Shown in pieces: positions 43,915 to 52,260 of a DNA stretch of 64,000 nt. Each line of letters opens with the position of its first letter. Positions within the stretch are counted from its first letter, which is position 1. A program made the position numbers and the translations under genes. The stretch is from an uncultured Bacteroides sp. (GTDB taxonomy: Bacteria > Bacteroidota > Bacteroidia > Bacteroidales > Bacteroidaceae), in the NCBI RefSeq assembly GCF_905207245.1, contig NZ_CAJLKP010000027.1, positions 171 through 64,170 on the forward strand, in the 5' to 3' direction. The notes under the pieces are model-generated. The model searched no databases, was not told the DNA's origin, and was given only the letters and a program-made list of their open reading frames with translations.

Positions 43915-45951
43915 ATGAGATTTACCAAGTATTTACCTTTCGCTGCAATTTGCCTCATGATGGCGGGATGCGGCACCGGCAAGCAGAAGGCTGAATTGAC
44001 AGCCGGCATCAAACTTGCCAATCTTGACACGACTGCCCTTCCGGGAAGCAGTTTCTATCAGTACGCCTGTGGCGGTTGGATTGAAAGCCATCCACTTTCG
44101 GCTGAGTATTCGCAATATGGTTCTTTCACCGAACTTGCCGAGAACAACCGCAAACAGATACAAGGTCTGATTGAGGAACTTGCCGCCACCCAGCATGAAG
44201 CCGGTAGTGTGGCTCAAAAAGTGGGCGACCTTTATAAAATTGCTATGGACAGCGTGAAGTTGAACCAGGAAGGTGTTGCCCCTATCAAAGCCGACCTGGA
44301 ACAAATAGCCGCTCTAAAGGATAAAAAAGATGTCTATGCCCTATTGGCCAACTTGCGCAAGCAAGGCATCGGCGCTTACCTCGGAATGTATGTTGCTGCC
44401 GATGAAATGAACAGTAACGAGAATGCCGTACAAACTTATCAAAGTGGTTTGAGTATGGGCGAACGTGACTATTATCTGGCTACAGACCCTTCTACTACTG
44501 CTATCCGCGATGCTTTCCGCACTCATGTGCAGAAGATGTATCAGTTGGCAGGCTTCGATGAGGCTACTGCCAAGAAAGGCATGGAAGTAGTGATGGACGT
44601 AGAAACCCGTCTTGCCAAGGCTTTCCGCTCTCGCACCGAACTGCGCGACCCGCATGCCAACTACAACAAGATGAGCATGGAAGAAATAAAGAAGAATTAT
44701 CCCACTTTCAACTGGGATGCTTATCTGTCAGAGCTTGGCTTGAAGGACGTAAAAGAAATCATCGTAGGTCAGCCTGCCTCTGTGGCTGAGGCAGCCAAGA
44801 TTCTGGATACATTACCTGTTGACCAGCAATCTCTCTACCTGCAATGGAAACTGATTGATGCTGCCGCCAACTACCTGAATGACGAGATAGCTCAACAAAA
44901 CTTCGACTTCTACGACCGCACTATGTCCGGAACACAGGAGATGCAGCCTCGTTGGAAGACCGCTGTTTCTGTTGTCAGCTCTGCACTGGGTGAAGCTGTG
45001 GGACAGATGTATGTAGAGAAATATTTCCCTGCTGCTGCCAAGGAACGTATGGTTACTCTGGTGAAGAATCTTCAGACGAGCTTGGGCGAGCGAATTAACA
45101 ACCTGCCTTGGATGAGTGATGAAACCAAACAGAAAGCACAGGAAAAACTGGCCACCTTCCACGTGAAGATTGGCTATCCTGACAAGTGGAAAGACTACTC
45201 TACACTGGAAATCAAAGACGACTCATACTGGAATAACATAAAGCGTGCTAACTTATGGAGCTATGCCGAAATGGTTGCAAAAGCTGGCAAACCGGTGGAC
45301 AAAGACGAATGGCTGATGACCCCGCAAACCGTAAACGCTTATTACAATCCGACAACGAACGAAATCTGTTTCCCTGCCGGTATCCTGCAATATCCGTTCT
45401 TCGATATGGAAGCTGACGATGCCTTCAACTACGGTGCTATCGGTGTGGTAATCGGTCACGAAATGACACATGGATTCGACGACCAGGGACGCCAGTACGA
45501 TAAAGACGGTAACCTGAAAGACTGGTGGACGGAAGAAGATGCCAAGAACTTTGAGAAACGTGCCGACGTGATGGTTGCTTTCTTCGACAGCATCGAAGTG
45601 GCTCCGGGCGTACATGCCAACGGGCGTATGACATTGGGTGAGAACATTGCCGACCATGGAGGCCTGCAGGTTTCTTTCCAAGCGTTCAAGAAAGCTACGG
45701 CTGCTGCTCCGCTGGAAGTGAAAGACGGTTTCACTCCCGAACAACGCTTCTTCCTGGCTTATGCCAACGTTTGGGCCAACAACACCCGCCCCGAAGCTAT
45801 CCTGCAATTGACGAAGGTGGATGTACACTCTTTGGGCAAATGGCGTGTAGACGCTGCATTGCCGCACATCGCAGCATGGAATGAGGCATTCGGTATTACT
45901 GAAAAAGATCCAATGTTCGTACCGGTGGAAGAACGCGTCTCTATCTGGTAA
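43915..45951 (+). CDS. M13-family metalloendopeptidase (PepO/neprilysin-like) lipoprotein
   Basis: Start moved to MRFTKYLPFAAICLMMAGC. Zinc motif HEMTHGFD, ENIADHGG, C-terminal ...ERVSIW. Confidence 0.9.
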   Translation: MRFTKYLPFAAICLMMAGCGTGKQKAELTAGIKLANLDTTALPGSSFYQYACGGWIESHPLSAEYSQYGSFTELAENNRKQIQGLIEELAATQHEAGSVAQKVGDLYKIAMDSVKLNQEGVAPIKADLEQIAALKDKKDVYALLANLRKQGIGAYLGMYVAADEMNSNENAVQTYQSGLSMGERDYYLATDPSTTAIRDAFRTHVQKMYQLAGFDEATAKKGMEVVMDVETRLAKAFRSRTELRDPHANYNKMSMEEIKKNYPTFNWDAYLSELGLKDVKEIIVGQPASVAEAAKILDTLPVDQQSLYLQWKLIDAAANYLNDEIAQQNFDFYDRTMSGTQEMQPRWKTAVSVVSSALGEAVGQMYVEKYFPAAAKERMVTLVKNLQTSLGERINNLPWMSDETKQKAQEKLATFHVKIGYPDKWKDYSTLEIKDDSYWNNIKRANLWSYAEMVAKAGKPVDKDEWLMTPQTVNAYYNPTTNEICFPAGILQYPFFDMEADDAFNYGAIGVVIGHEMTHGFDDQGRQYDKDGNLKDWWTEEDAKNFEKRADVMVAFFDSIEVAPGVHANGRMTLGENIADHGGLQVSFQAFKKATAAAPLEVKDGFTPEQRFFLAYANVWANNTRPEAILQLTKVDVHSLGKWRVDAALPHIAAWNEAFGITEKDPMFVPVEERVSIW

Positions 45952-45964
45952 TTACTGCCACCAC

Positions 45965-46096
45965 GTTGGCAAGACTTTGCCACCGTGATGGCAAAACTTT
46001 GCCACCGTGATGGCAAAACTTTGCCACTATGATGGCAAGACTTTGCCAATGCGATGGCAAAACTTTGCCACTACGATGGCAAAAATGCTCTGATAA
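45965..46096. repeat. tandem array of 22-bp units with dyad TGGCAAA-AC-TTTGCCA
   Basis: Five full units start at 45965, 45987, 46009, 46031 and 46053. A degenerate sixth starts at 46075. Variation is confined to an A/G position and the 4-5 nt linker. Confidence 0.9.
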
Positions 46097-46137
46097 TGCA
46101 ATGATATTCAGAGTTCCTACTTTACGAAAGATAAAGC

Positions 46138-46176
46138 AAAAGGCAGTAAATCCTAAACAGGATTGCTGCCTTTTTT
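46138..46176 (+). terminator. intrinsic terminator
   Basis: AAAAGGCAGTAAATCCT-AAAC-AGGATTGCTGCC followed by TTTTTT. Confidence 0.7.
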
Positions 46177-46228
46177 AATTATACCTAATTTATTGTGTTT
46201 GAGTATATGTGCAAATAAACATTTTTAG

Positions 46229-46236
46229 TACCTTTG
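46229..46236 (+). promoter_or_regulatory. -7 promoter box TACCTTTG
   Basis: TAnnTTTG match 27 nt upstream of the purH ATG at 46264. Confidence 0.5.
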
Positions 46237-46263
46237 CGCATCAAATCGTTAATACGCAAATCC

Positions 46264-47787
46264 ATGTCTGAAACAAAAAAAATTAAAACCGCTCTGGTAT
46301 CGGTTTATCATAAGGAAGGTTTGGACGAAATAATTACCAAACTGCATGAAGAAGGAGTAGAGTTTCTGTCAACCGGCGGAACTCGTCAGTTTATAGAATC
46401 GCTGGGCTATCCCTGCAAGGCAGTGGAAGACCTGACAACTTATCCCTCTATCCTGGGAGGACGTGTGAAAACCTTGCACCCGAAGGTATTCGGTGGTATT
46501 CTTTGCCGTCGCGGACTGGAACAGGATATGCAACAGATTGAAAAATATGAAATTCCCGAAATAGACCTTGTAATCGTCGACCTGTATCCGTTTGAAGCTA
46601 CCGTGGCTTCCGGTGCCGACGAAGCATCTATCATCGAGAAGATTGACATAGGCGGCATCTCCCTGATACGTGCTGCTGCCAAAAACTTTAATGATGTAGT
46701 GATTATTGCTTCTCAGGCTCAATACCAGCCGTTCCGCGACATGCTGATGGAACACGGAGCTACTACCTCTATCGAAGAGCGCCGTTGGTTCGCCAAAGAG
46801 GCATTTGCTGTTTCTTCTCACTATGACTCGGCCATTTTCAACTACTTCGATGGTGAAGAAGGTTCGGCATTCCGTTGCTCTGCCAACAATCAGAAGACTT
46901 TGCGCTATGGGGAAAACCCGCACCAGAAGGGGTACTTCTATGGAAATCTGGAAGGAATGTTCGACCAGATTCATGGGAAAGAGATTTCTTACAATAACCT
47001 GCTCGATATCAACGCTGCCGTTGACTTGATAGACGAATTTGAAGATATAACTTTTGCCGTATTGAAGCATAACAATGCCTGTGGTCTGGCTTCGCGCCCC
47101 ACGGTGCTCGAAGCATGGAACGATGCATTGGCAGGCGACCCGGTATCTGCTTTCGGTGGTGTGCTCATCACGAACGGTGTGATTGACAAGGAAGCTGCCG
47201 AGGAAATCAACAAGATTTTCTTTGAAGTAATTATCGCTCCCGACTACGATGTGGATGCACTGGAAATACTGGGACAGAAAAAGAACCGTATCATTCTGGT
47301 TCGCAAGCCGACTACGTTGCCGAAGAAACAGTTCCGCTCATTGCTGAACGGCGTACTGGTTCAGGACCGTGACCTGAACATCGAACAGCCGGAAGATTTG
47401 AAGACAGTAACCACCAAAGCTCCTACCGCACAGGAAATAGAAGATATGCTCTTTGCAAATAAGATTGTAAAGAACAGCAAGTCCAATGCCATCGTACTGG
47501 CAAAAGGCAAACAATTGCTGGCAAGCGGTGTAGGACAGACTTCACGTGTGGATGCTTTGAAGCAAGCTATTGAAAAAGCCAAGAACTTTGGTTTCGACCT
47601 GAAAGGTGCCGTGATGGCATCCGACGCTTTCTTCCCCTTCCCCGACTGTGTGGAAATTGCCGGAGGCGAAGGTGTGACTGCTGTTATCCAGCCGGGTGGC
47701 TCGATTAAAGACCAACTCTCGTTCGACTATTGCAATGAACATGGCATCGCAATGGTGACTACGGGAATCCGTCATTTTAAACACTAA
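46264..47787 (+). CDS. purH: bifunctional AICAR transformylase / IMP cyclohydrolase
   Basis: Start moved to MSETKKIKTALVSVYHKEG. MGS-like domain followed by an AICARFT domain (LRYGENPHQ, LKHNNACG, GGSIKD). Confidence 0.93.
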   Translation: MSETKKIKTALVSVYHKEGLDEIITKLHEEGVEFLSTGGTRQFIESLGYPCKAVEDLTTYPSILGGRVKTLHPKVFGGILCRRGLEQDMQQIEKYEIPEIDLVIVDLYPFEATVASGADEASIIEKIDIGGISLIRAAAKNFNDVVIIASQAQYQPFRDMLMEHGATTSIEERRWFAKEAFAVSSHYDSAIFNYFDGEEGSAFRCSANNQKTLRYGENPHQKGYFYGNLEGMFDQIHGKEISYNNLLDINAAVDLIDEFEDITFAVLKHNNACGLASRPTVLEAWNDALAGDPVSAFGGVLITNGVIDKEAAEEINKIFFEVIIAPDYDVDALEILGQKKNRIILVRKPTTLPKKQFRSLLNGVLVQDRDLNIEQPEDLKTVTTKAPTAQEIEDMLFANKIVKNSKSNAIVLAKGKQLLASGVGQTSRVDALKQAIEKAKNFGFDLKGAVMASDAFFPFPDCVEIAGGEGVTAVIQPGGSIKDQLSFDYCNEHGIAMVTTGIRHFKH

Positions 47788-47789
47788 TT

Positions 47790-47901
47790 AAATTGAGAAT
47801 TGAGAATTGAAAATTGAGAAATAATATCTTCTCTCACTTTTAATTCTCAGTTCCTAATATGAGTGATATTTTTTAATTTTTAATTCTCAATTTTTAATTT
47901 A
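47790..47901 (+). repeat. palindromic element C (AATTGAG heptad arm / U-rich arm)
   Basis: 32-bp helix between 47790-47821 and 47869-47900 (27 Watson-Crick pairs plus 5 G:U, no other mismatch). The 3' arm ends 2 nt before the mreB ATG. Confidence 0.85.
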
Positions 47902-47902
47902 C

Positions 47903-48925
47903 ATGGGATTATTCTCTTTTACGCAAGAAATAGCGATGGACCTTGGTACCGCCAATACCATTATCACAACCAATGGCAAGATTGTGGTGGATGAGCCTTC
48001 GGTGGTAGCTCTCGACCGTCGTACCGATAAGATGATTGCCGTGGGTGACAAGGCAAAGATGATGCATGAAAAGACCCACGAAAACATACGTACCATCCGT
48101 CCGCTCCGCGACGGTGTAATTGCCGACTTCTATGCTTGTGAGCAAATGATACGCGGTCTGATAAAGATGGTGAATAACCGTAGCCGTCTGTTCTCTCCTT
48201 CGCTTCGTATGGTAATCGGTGTCCCTTCAGGTAGTACGGAAGTGGAATTGCGTGCCGTACGCGACTCTGCCGAGCATGCCGGTGGTCGTGACGTTTACCT
48301 GATTTTCGAACCTATGGCTGCCGCTATCGGTATCGGTATCGACGTGGAAGCTCCGGAAGGAAACATGATTGTAGACATAGGTGGTGGTTCTACTGAAATC
48401 GCCGTTATCTCTTTGGGTGGTATCGTAGCCAATAACTCTATCCGCATTGCCGGTGATGACTTGACTGCTGACATTCAGGAGTACATGAGCCGCCAGCACA
48501 ATGTGAAAGTCAGCGAGCGTATGGCTGAACGTATTAAGATCAATGTAGGTGCTGCCCTGACCGAACTTGGAGAGGATGCTCCGGAAGATTATATTGTTCA
48601 CGGACCGAACCGTATCACGGCCCTGCCTATGGAAGTGCCCGTATGCTATCAGGAAGTGGCACACTGTCTGGAGAAATCAATCTCCAAGATTGAAACTGCT
48701 ATCTTGAATGCGCTGGAAAATACACCTCCCGAATTGTATGCCGATATCGTGCACAACGGTATTTATCTGGCAGGTGGTGGTGCATTGCTCCGCGGACTCG
48801 ATAAGCGTTTGACAGATAAGATAAACATTCCGTTCCATATTGCCGAAGACCCCTTGCATGCCGTTGCTAAAGGTACAGGTGTTGCATTGAAGAATGTGGA
48901 TCGTTTCTCATTCCTTATGCGGTAA
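47903..48925 (+). CDS. mreB: rod-shape-determining actin homolog MreB
   Basis: IAMDLGTANT, DIGGGSTEIAVISLGG, GIYLAGGGALLRGLD. Confidence 0.95.
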   Translation: MGLFSFTQEIAMDLGTANTIITTNGKIVVDEPSVVALDRRTDKMIAVGDKAKMMHEKTHENIRTIRPLRDGVIADFYACEQMIRGLIKMVNNRSRLFSPSLRMVIGVPSGSTEVELRAVRDSAEHAGGRDVYLIFEPMAAAIGIGIDVEAPEGNMIVDIGGGSTEIAVISLGGIVANNSIRIAGDDLTADIQEYMSRQHNVKVSERMAERIKINVGAALTELGEDAPEDYIVHGPNRITALPMEVPVCYQEVAHCLEKSISKIETAILNALENTPPELYADIVHNGIYLAGGGALLRGLDKRLTDKINIPFHIAEDPLHAVAKGTGVALKNVDRFSFLMR

Positions 48926-48934
48926 TAAAAGGAT

Positions 48935-49777
48935 ATGCGAAATTTACTGAACTTTCTTGTTAAATACAACTACTGGTTCCTCTTTCTATTGTTAGAGGCA
49001 GCCAGTTTTGTTTTATTATTCCGCTTCAATTACTATCAGCAGAGCGTGTTTTTTACTTCTGCCAATAGCGTGGCGGGGAAAGTTTATGATATTTCGGGAG
49101 CTATCACTTCTTATTTCCACCTGAAAACAACCAATGAAGACCTGCTGGACCGCAACATGTGGCTGGAACAACGGGTGGCATTCCTTGAAAAGACACTGAA
49201 AAACAACGGAATGGACTCTGTCAGGCTGTATAGCCTGGAACGGCTCGAACCGGAAGAATATCAGATATTCAAGGCGAATGTGATTAAGAATAGCTTGAAC
49301 CGGCTGGATAACTATATCACTCTTGACGAGGGAACCAGTGCAGGTATCCGTCCGGAAATGGGTGTGGTAGATGCCAATGGAGTGGTAGGTATTGTTTATA
49401 AGACTTCTCAGCATTATTCTACCGTCATTCCGTTGCTGAACAGTAAATCGAGTATTAGTTGTAAGATTGTGGGCAGTGACTATTTCGGCTATTTGAAGTG
49501 GGAATATGGAGATTCCCGTTTCGCTTATTTGAAGGATTTGCCCCGTCATGCCGAGTTCAACCTGGGCGATACGGTTGTGACAAGCGGTTACTCTACGGTA
49601 TTTCCCGCAGGAGTCTTAGTGGGCACGGTGGATGATATGTCCGACTCGCACGACGGCCTTTCTTATCTATTAAAGATAAAACTGGCTACGGATTTCGGAA
49701 AAGTGAGCAATGTGCGTGTAATTGCCCGTACAGGACAGGAAGAGCAGAAAGCGTTGGAGAAGGAAGAGGAAAAGTGA
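48935..49777 (+). CDS. mreC: rod-shape-determining protein MreC
   Basis: 280 aa with an N-terminal TM, a coiled coil and C-terminal beta domains (GDTVVTSGYSTVFPAGVLVG). Follows mreB. Confidence 0.88.
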   Translation: MRNLLNFLVKYNYWFLFLLLEAASFVLLFRFNYYQQSVFFTSANSVAGKVYDISGAITSYFHLKTTNEDLLDRNMWLEQRVAFLEKTLKNNGMDSVRLYSLERLEPEEYQIFKANVIKNSLNRLDNYITLDEGTSAGIRPEMGVVDANGVVGIVYKTSQHYSTVIPLLNSKSSISCKIVGSDYFGYLKWEYGDSRFAYLKDLPRHAEFNLGDTVVTSGYSTVFPAGVLVGTVDDMSDSHDGLSYLLKIKLATDFGKVSNVRVIARTGQEEQKALEKEEEK

Positions 49778-49890
49778 TAGAGTGATGAGATGATAAAGTG
49801 ATAGGGCGAAAAGTGATAGAATGAAAAATGATAAGAGAATAAACTCCCCTTCATTTTTTAATTTTTAATTTTCAATTTTTAATTTAATAA
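49778..49890 (+). repeat. element D: GTGATAG-word run plus an unpaired copy of the conserved U-rich arm
   Basis: GTGATAG/GTGATGA/ATGATAA words span 49773-49835. The arm at 49854-49886 is 32/33 identical to 47869-47901. No complementary partner arm was found. Confidence 0.7.
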
Positions 49891-49892
49891 GT

Positions 49893-50393
49893 GTGGTCAT
49901 CAATTATCTGCATAAATTAGGTTGGTTTATTGGTTTGGTGCTATTGCAGGTGCTGATACTGAACAATGTGCATATTGCCGGATATGCCACTCCTTTTCTA
50001 TATATCTATCTCATACTGAAGTTCGAGTCGGAAACGCCGAGAAATGCCTTAATGCTATGGGCGTTCTTCCTGGGACTGACAGTGGACATTTTCTCGGATA
50101 CGCCGGGCATGAATGCGGCGGCTACGGTAGCGCTGGCATTCTTGCGGCCTACTTTCCTGCGATTGTTTGTGCCGCGAGATACATTAGAGAACATCGTTCC
50201 TTCGATAAAGTCGATGGGAATTGCTCCCTTTCTGAAATATTTGGTTGTCAGTGTTTTTGTTCATCATGCAATATTACTTACCATAGAATTCTTTTCGTTC
50301 GCCCACATCGGAACGTTGCTACTGAGAATTGTGGCAAGTGCGTTGCTGACTATAACCTGCATAATGGCTATAGAAGGAGTGAGGAAAAAGTAA
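49893..50393 (+). CDS. mreD: rod-shape-determining protein MreD (GTG start as given by the ORF track)
   Basis: 166 aa with 5 hydrophobic segments. Lies between mreC and the PBP2 gene. Confidence 0.72.
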   Translation: MVINYLHKLGWFIGLVLLQVLILNNVHIAGYATPFLYIYLILKFESETPRNALMLWAFFLGLTVDIFSDTPGMNAAATVALAFLRPTFLRLFVPRDTLENIVPSIKSMGIAPFLKYLVVSVFVHHAILLTIEFFSFAHIGTLLLRIVASALLTITCIMAIEGVRKK

Positions 50394-50394
50394 A

Positions 50395-52260
50395 ATGGCT
50401 AAAAACTACGTACTCGAAAAGCGGAAATTGGTGATAGGTGGGGTGGCGATTGTGATTGTCATCATCTATATTATGCGTCTTTTTGTGTTGCAAGTCATGA
50501 CTGATAGTTACAAAAAGAATGCAGATAGCAATGCTTTTCTTAATAAAATCCAGTATCCTTCGCGTGGTGCGATTTATGATCGTAATGGAAAGTTGTTGGT
50601 GTTCAATCAGCCGGCATATGATATTACGTTTGTGCCACGAGAGGTGACGCAACTTGATACACTGGATTTTTGCCGTACACTGAATATTACCAAAGAACAG
50701 CTTCTTAAGCGAATGGCGGATGTGAGGAACCGCTGGATGAACCCTGGCTACTCAAGATATACGCATCAGGTTTTTATGACGCAGCTCTCGGCGGAAGAGT
50801 GCGGTGTGTTTCAGGAGAAACTTTTCAAATTCCCCGGTTTCTATATTCAGAGGCGTACTATCCGGCAATATACATATGATGCCGCCGGACATGCTTTGGG
50901 GGATATTGGTGAAGTGTCAATGAAAGATATCGAAGCGGATGACTACTATATTCGTGGTGACTATATAGGCAAGCAGGGAATAGAAAAGTCTTATGAGAAA
51001 TACCTGCGTGGAGAGAAAGGAGTTGAAATTCTTCTTCGTGATGCACATGGACGTATTCAGGGACATTATATGGATGGAAAGTTGGATCGTTCGTCTGTGC
51101 CGGGTAAGAATCTCACGTTAGGGTTGGATATTGAGTTGCAGAGATTGGGCGAACGCCTGATGAAGAACAAAATTGGTGCGATTGTAGCCATTGAACCGGA
51201 GACGGGGGAAATTCTTTGTCTTGTATCAGCTCCGAACTTTGATCCGCATTTGATGATTGGTCGTCAACGTGGAAAAAATCATCAGATGTTGCAGATGGAT
51301 AAGCAAAAGCCTTTATTGAATCGTGCCATTATGGGATCTTATCCGCCGGGTTCTACTTTTAAGACAGCACAGGCTTTGACTTTCCTGCAAGAAGGAATTA
51401 TTCAGCCTTCCACATCTTTCCCTTGTTCTCATGGGTTTGTTTATGGTGGTTTGCGGGTAGGCTGTCATGGACATGGGTCGCCATTGCCACTGATTCCGGC
51501 AATCGCTACCTCTTGTAACGCTTACTTCTGTTGGGGACTTTATCGCATGTTTGGTGACCGGAAGTATGGTTCGCCACAAAATGCGATTACAGTCTGGAAA
51601 GATCATATGGTTTCCCAGGGATTCGGCTATCGATTAGGTACGGACCTTCCCGGAGAAAAGCGTGGATTTATTCCGAATGCAGGTGTGTATGATAAAGCCT
51701 ATCGCGGTTCGTGGAACGGACTGACGGTAATCAGTATTTCTATCGGTCAGGGTGAAGTATTGAGCACTCCTTTGCAAATGGCGAATCTGGCGGCTACCAT
51801 TGCCAACCGTGGCTATTTCGTAACCCCTCATATTGTAAAGGAAATCCAGGAAGCAGAGTTGGACAGCATCTATCGGGAACGTCGGTATACTTCTATTGAC
51901 CGGCAGTATTATGAAGAAATAGTAGAAGGTATGCGGGCAGCAGTAACAGGTGTTACCGGAAGTGCTACTTGTCGCATTGCGGGGACTATTCTGCCCGGTG
52001 TGGAAATATGCGGAAAGACCGGTACGGCACAAAACCGCGGACATGACCACTCCGCATTTATTGGTTTTGCACCTATGGATAAGCCAAAGATTGCCATTGC
52101 CGTTTATGTGGAAAATGGCGGTTGGGGGGCTACTTATGGAGTACCTTATGGTGCTCTGATGATGGAACAGTATTTGAACGGAAAACTTTCGCCTGCCAGT
52201 GAGGCACGGGCGGAAGAGATGAGTAACCGTGTTATAATGTATGGTAACGAGGAGAGATAG
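50395..52260 (+). CDS. mrdA: penicillin-binding protein 2 (elongasome transpeptidase)
   Basis: N-terminal TM. RGAIYDRNG, active-site PGSTFK, SCN and KTGTA motifs. Confidence 0.92.
   Translation: MAKNYVLEKRKLVIGGVAIVIVIIYIMRLFVLQVMTDSYKKNADSNAFLNKIQYPSRGAIYDRNGKLLVFNQPAYDITFVPREVTQLDTLDFCRTLNITKEQLLKRMADVRNRWMNPGYSRYTHQVFMTQLSAEECGVFQEKLFKFPGFYIQRRTIRQYTYDAAGHALGDIGEVSMKDIEADDYYIRGDYIGKQGIEKSYEKYLRGEKGVEILLRDAHGRIQGHYMDGKLDRSSVPGKNLTLGLDIELQRLGERLMKNKIGAIVAIEPETGEILCLVSAPNFDPHLMIGRQRGKNHQMLQMDKQKPLLNRAIMGSYPPGSTFKTAQALTFLQEGIIQPSTSFPCSHGFVYGGLRVGCHGHGSPLPLIPAIATSCNAYFCWGLYRMFGDRKYGSPQNAITVWKDHMVSQGFGYRLGTDLPGEKRGFIPNAGVYDKAYRGSWNGLTVISISIGQGEVLSTPLQMANLAATIANRGYFVTPHIVKEIQEAELDSIYRERRYTSIDRQYYEEIVEGMRAAVTGVTGSATCRIAGTILPGVEICGKTGTAQNRGHDHSAFIGFAPMDKPKIAIAVYVENGGWGATYGVPYGALMMEQYLNGKLSPASEARAEEMSNRVIMYGNEER

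Noticed and set aside
45965-46096. The 22-bp arrays considered as CRISPR arrays or as multiple sigma-54 promoters
   Set aside because: The units are contiguous with no unique spacers, and no cas genes are present, so they are not CRISPR. The TGGCA...TTGC dyads have a GG-to-GC spacing one nucleotide shorter than functional -24/-12 promoters require.
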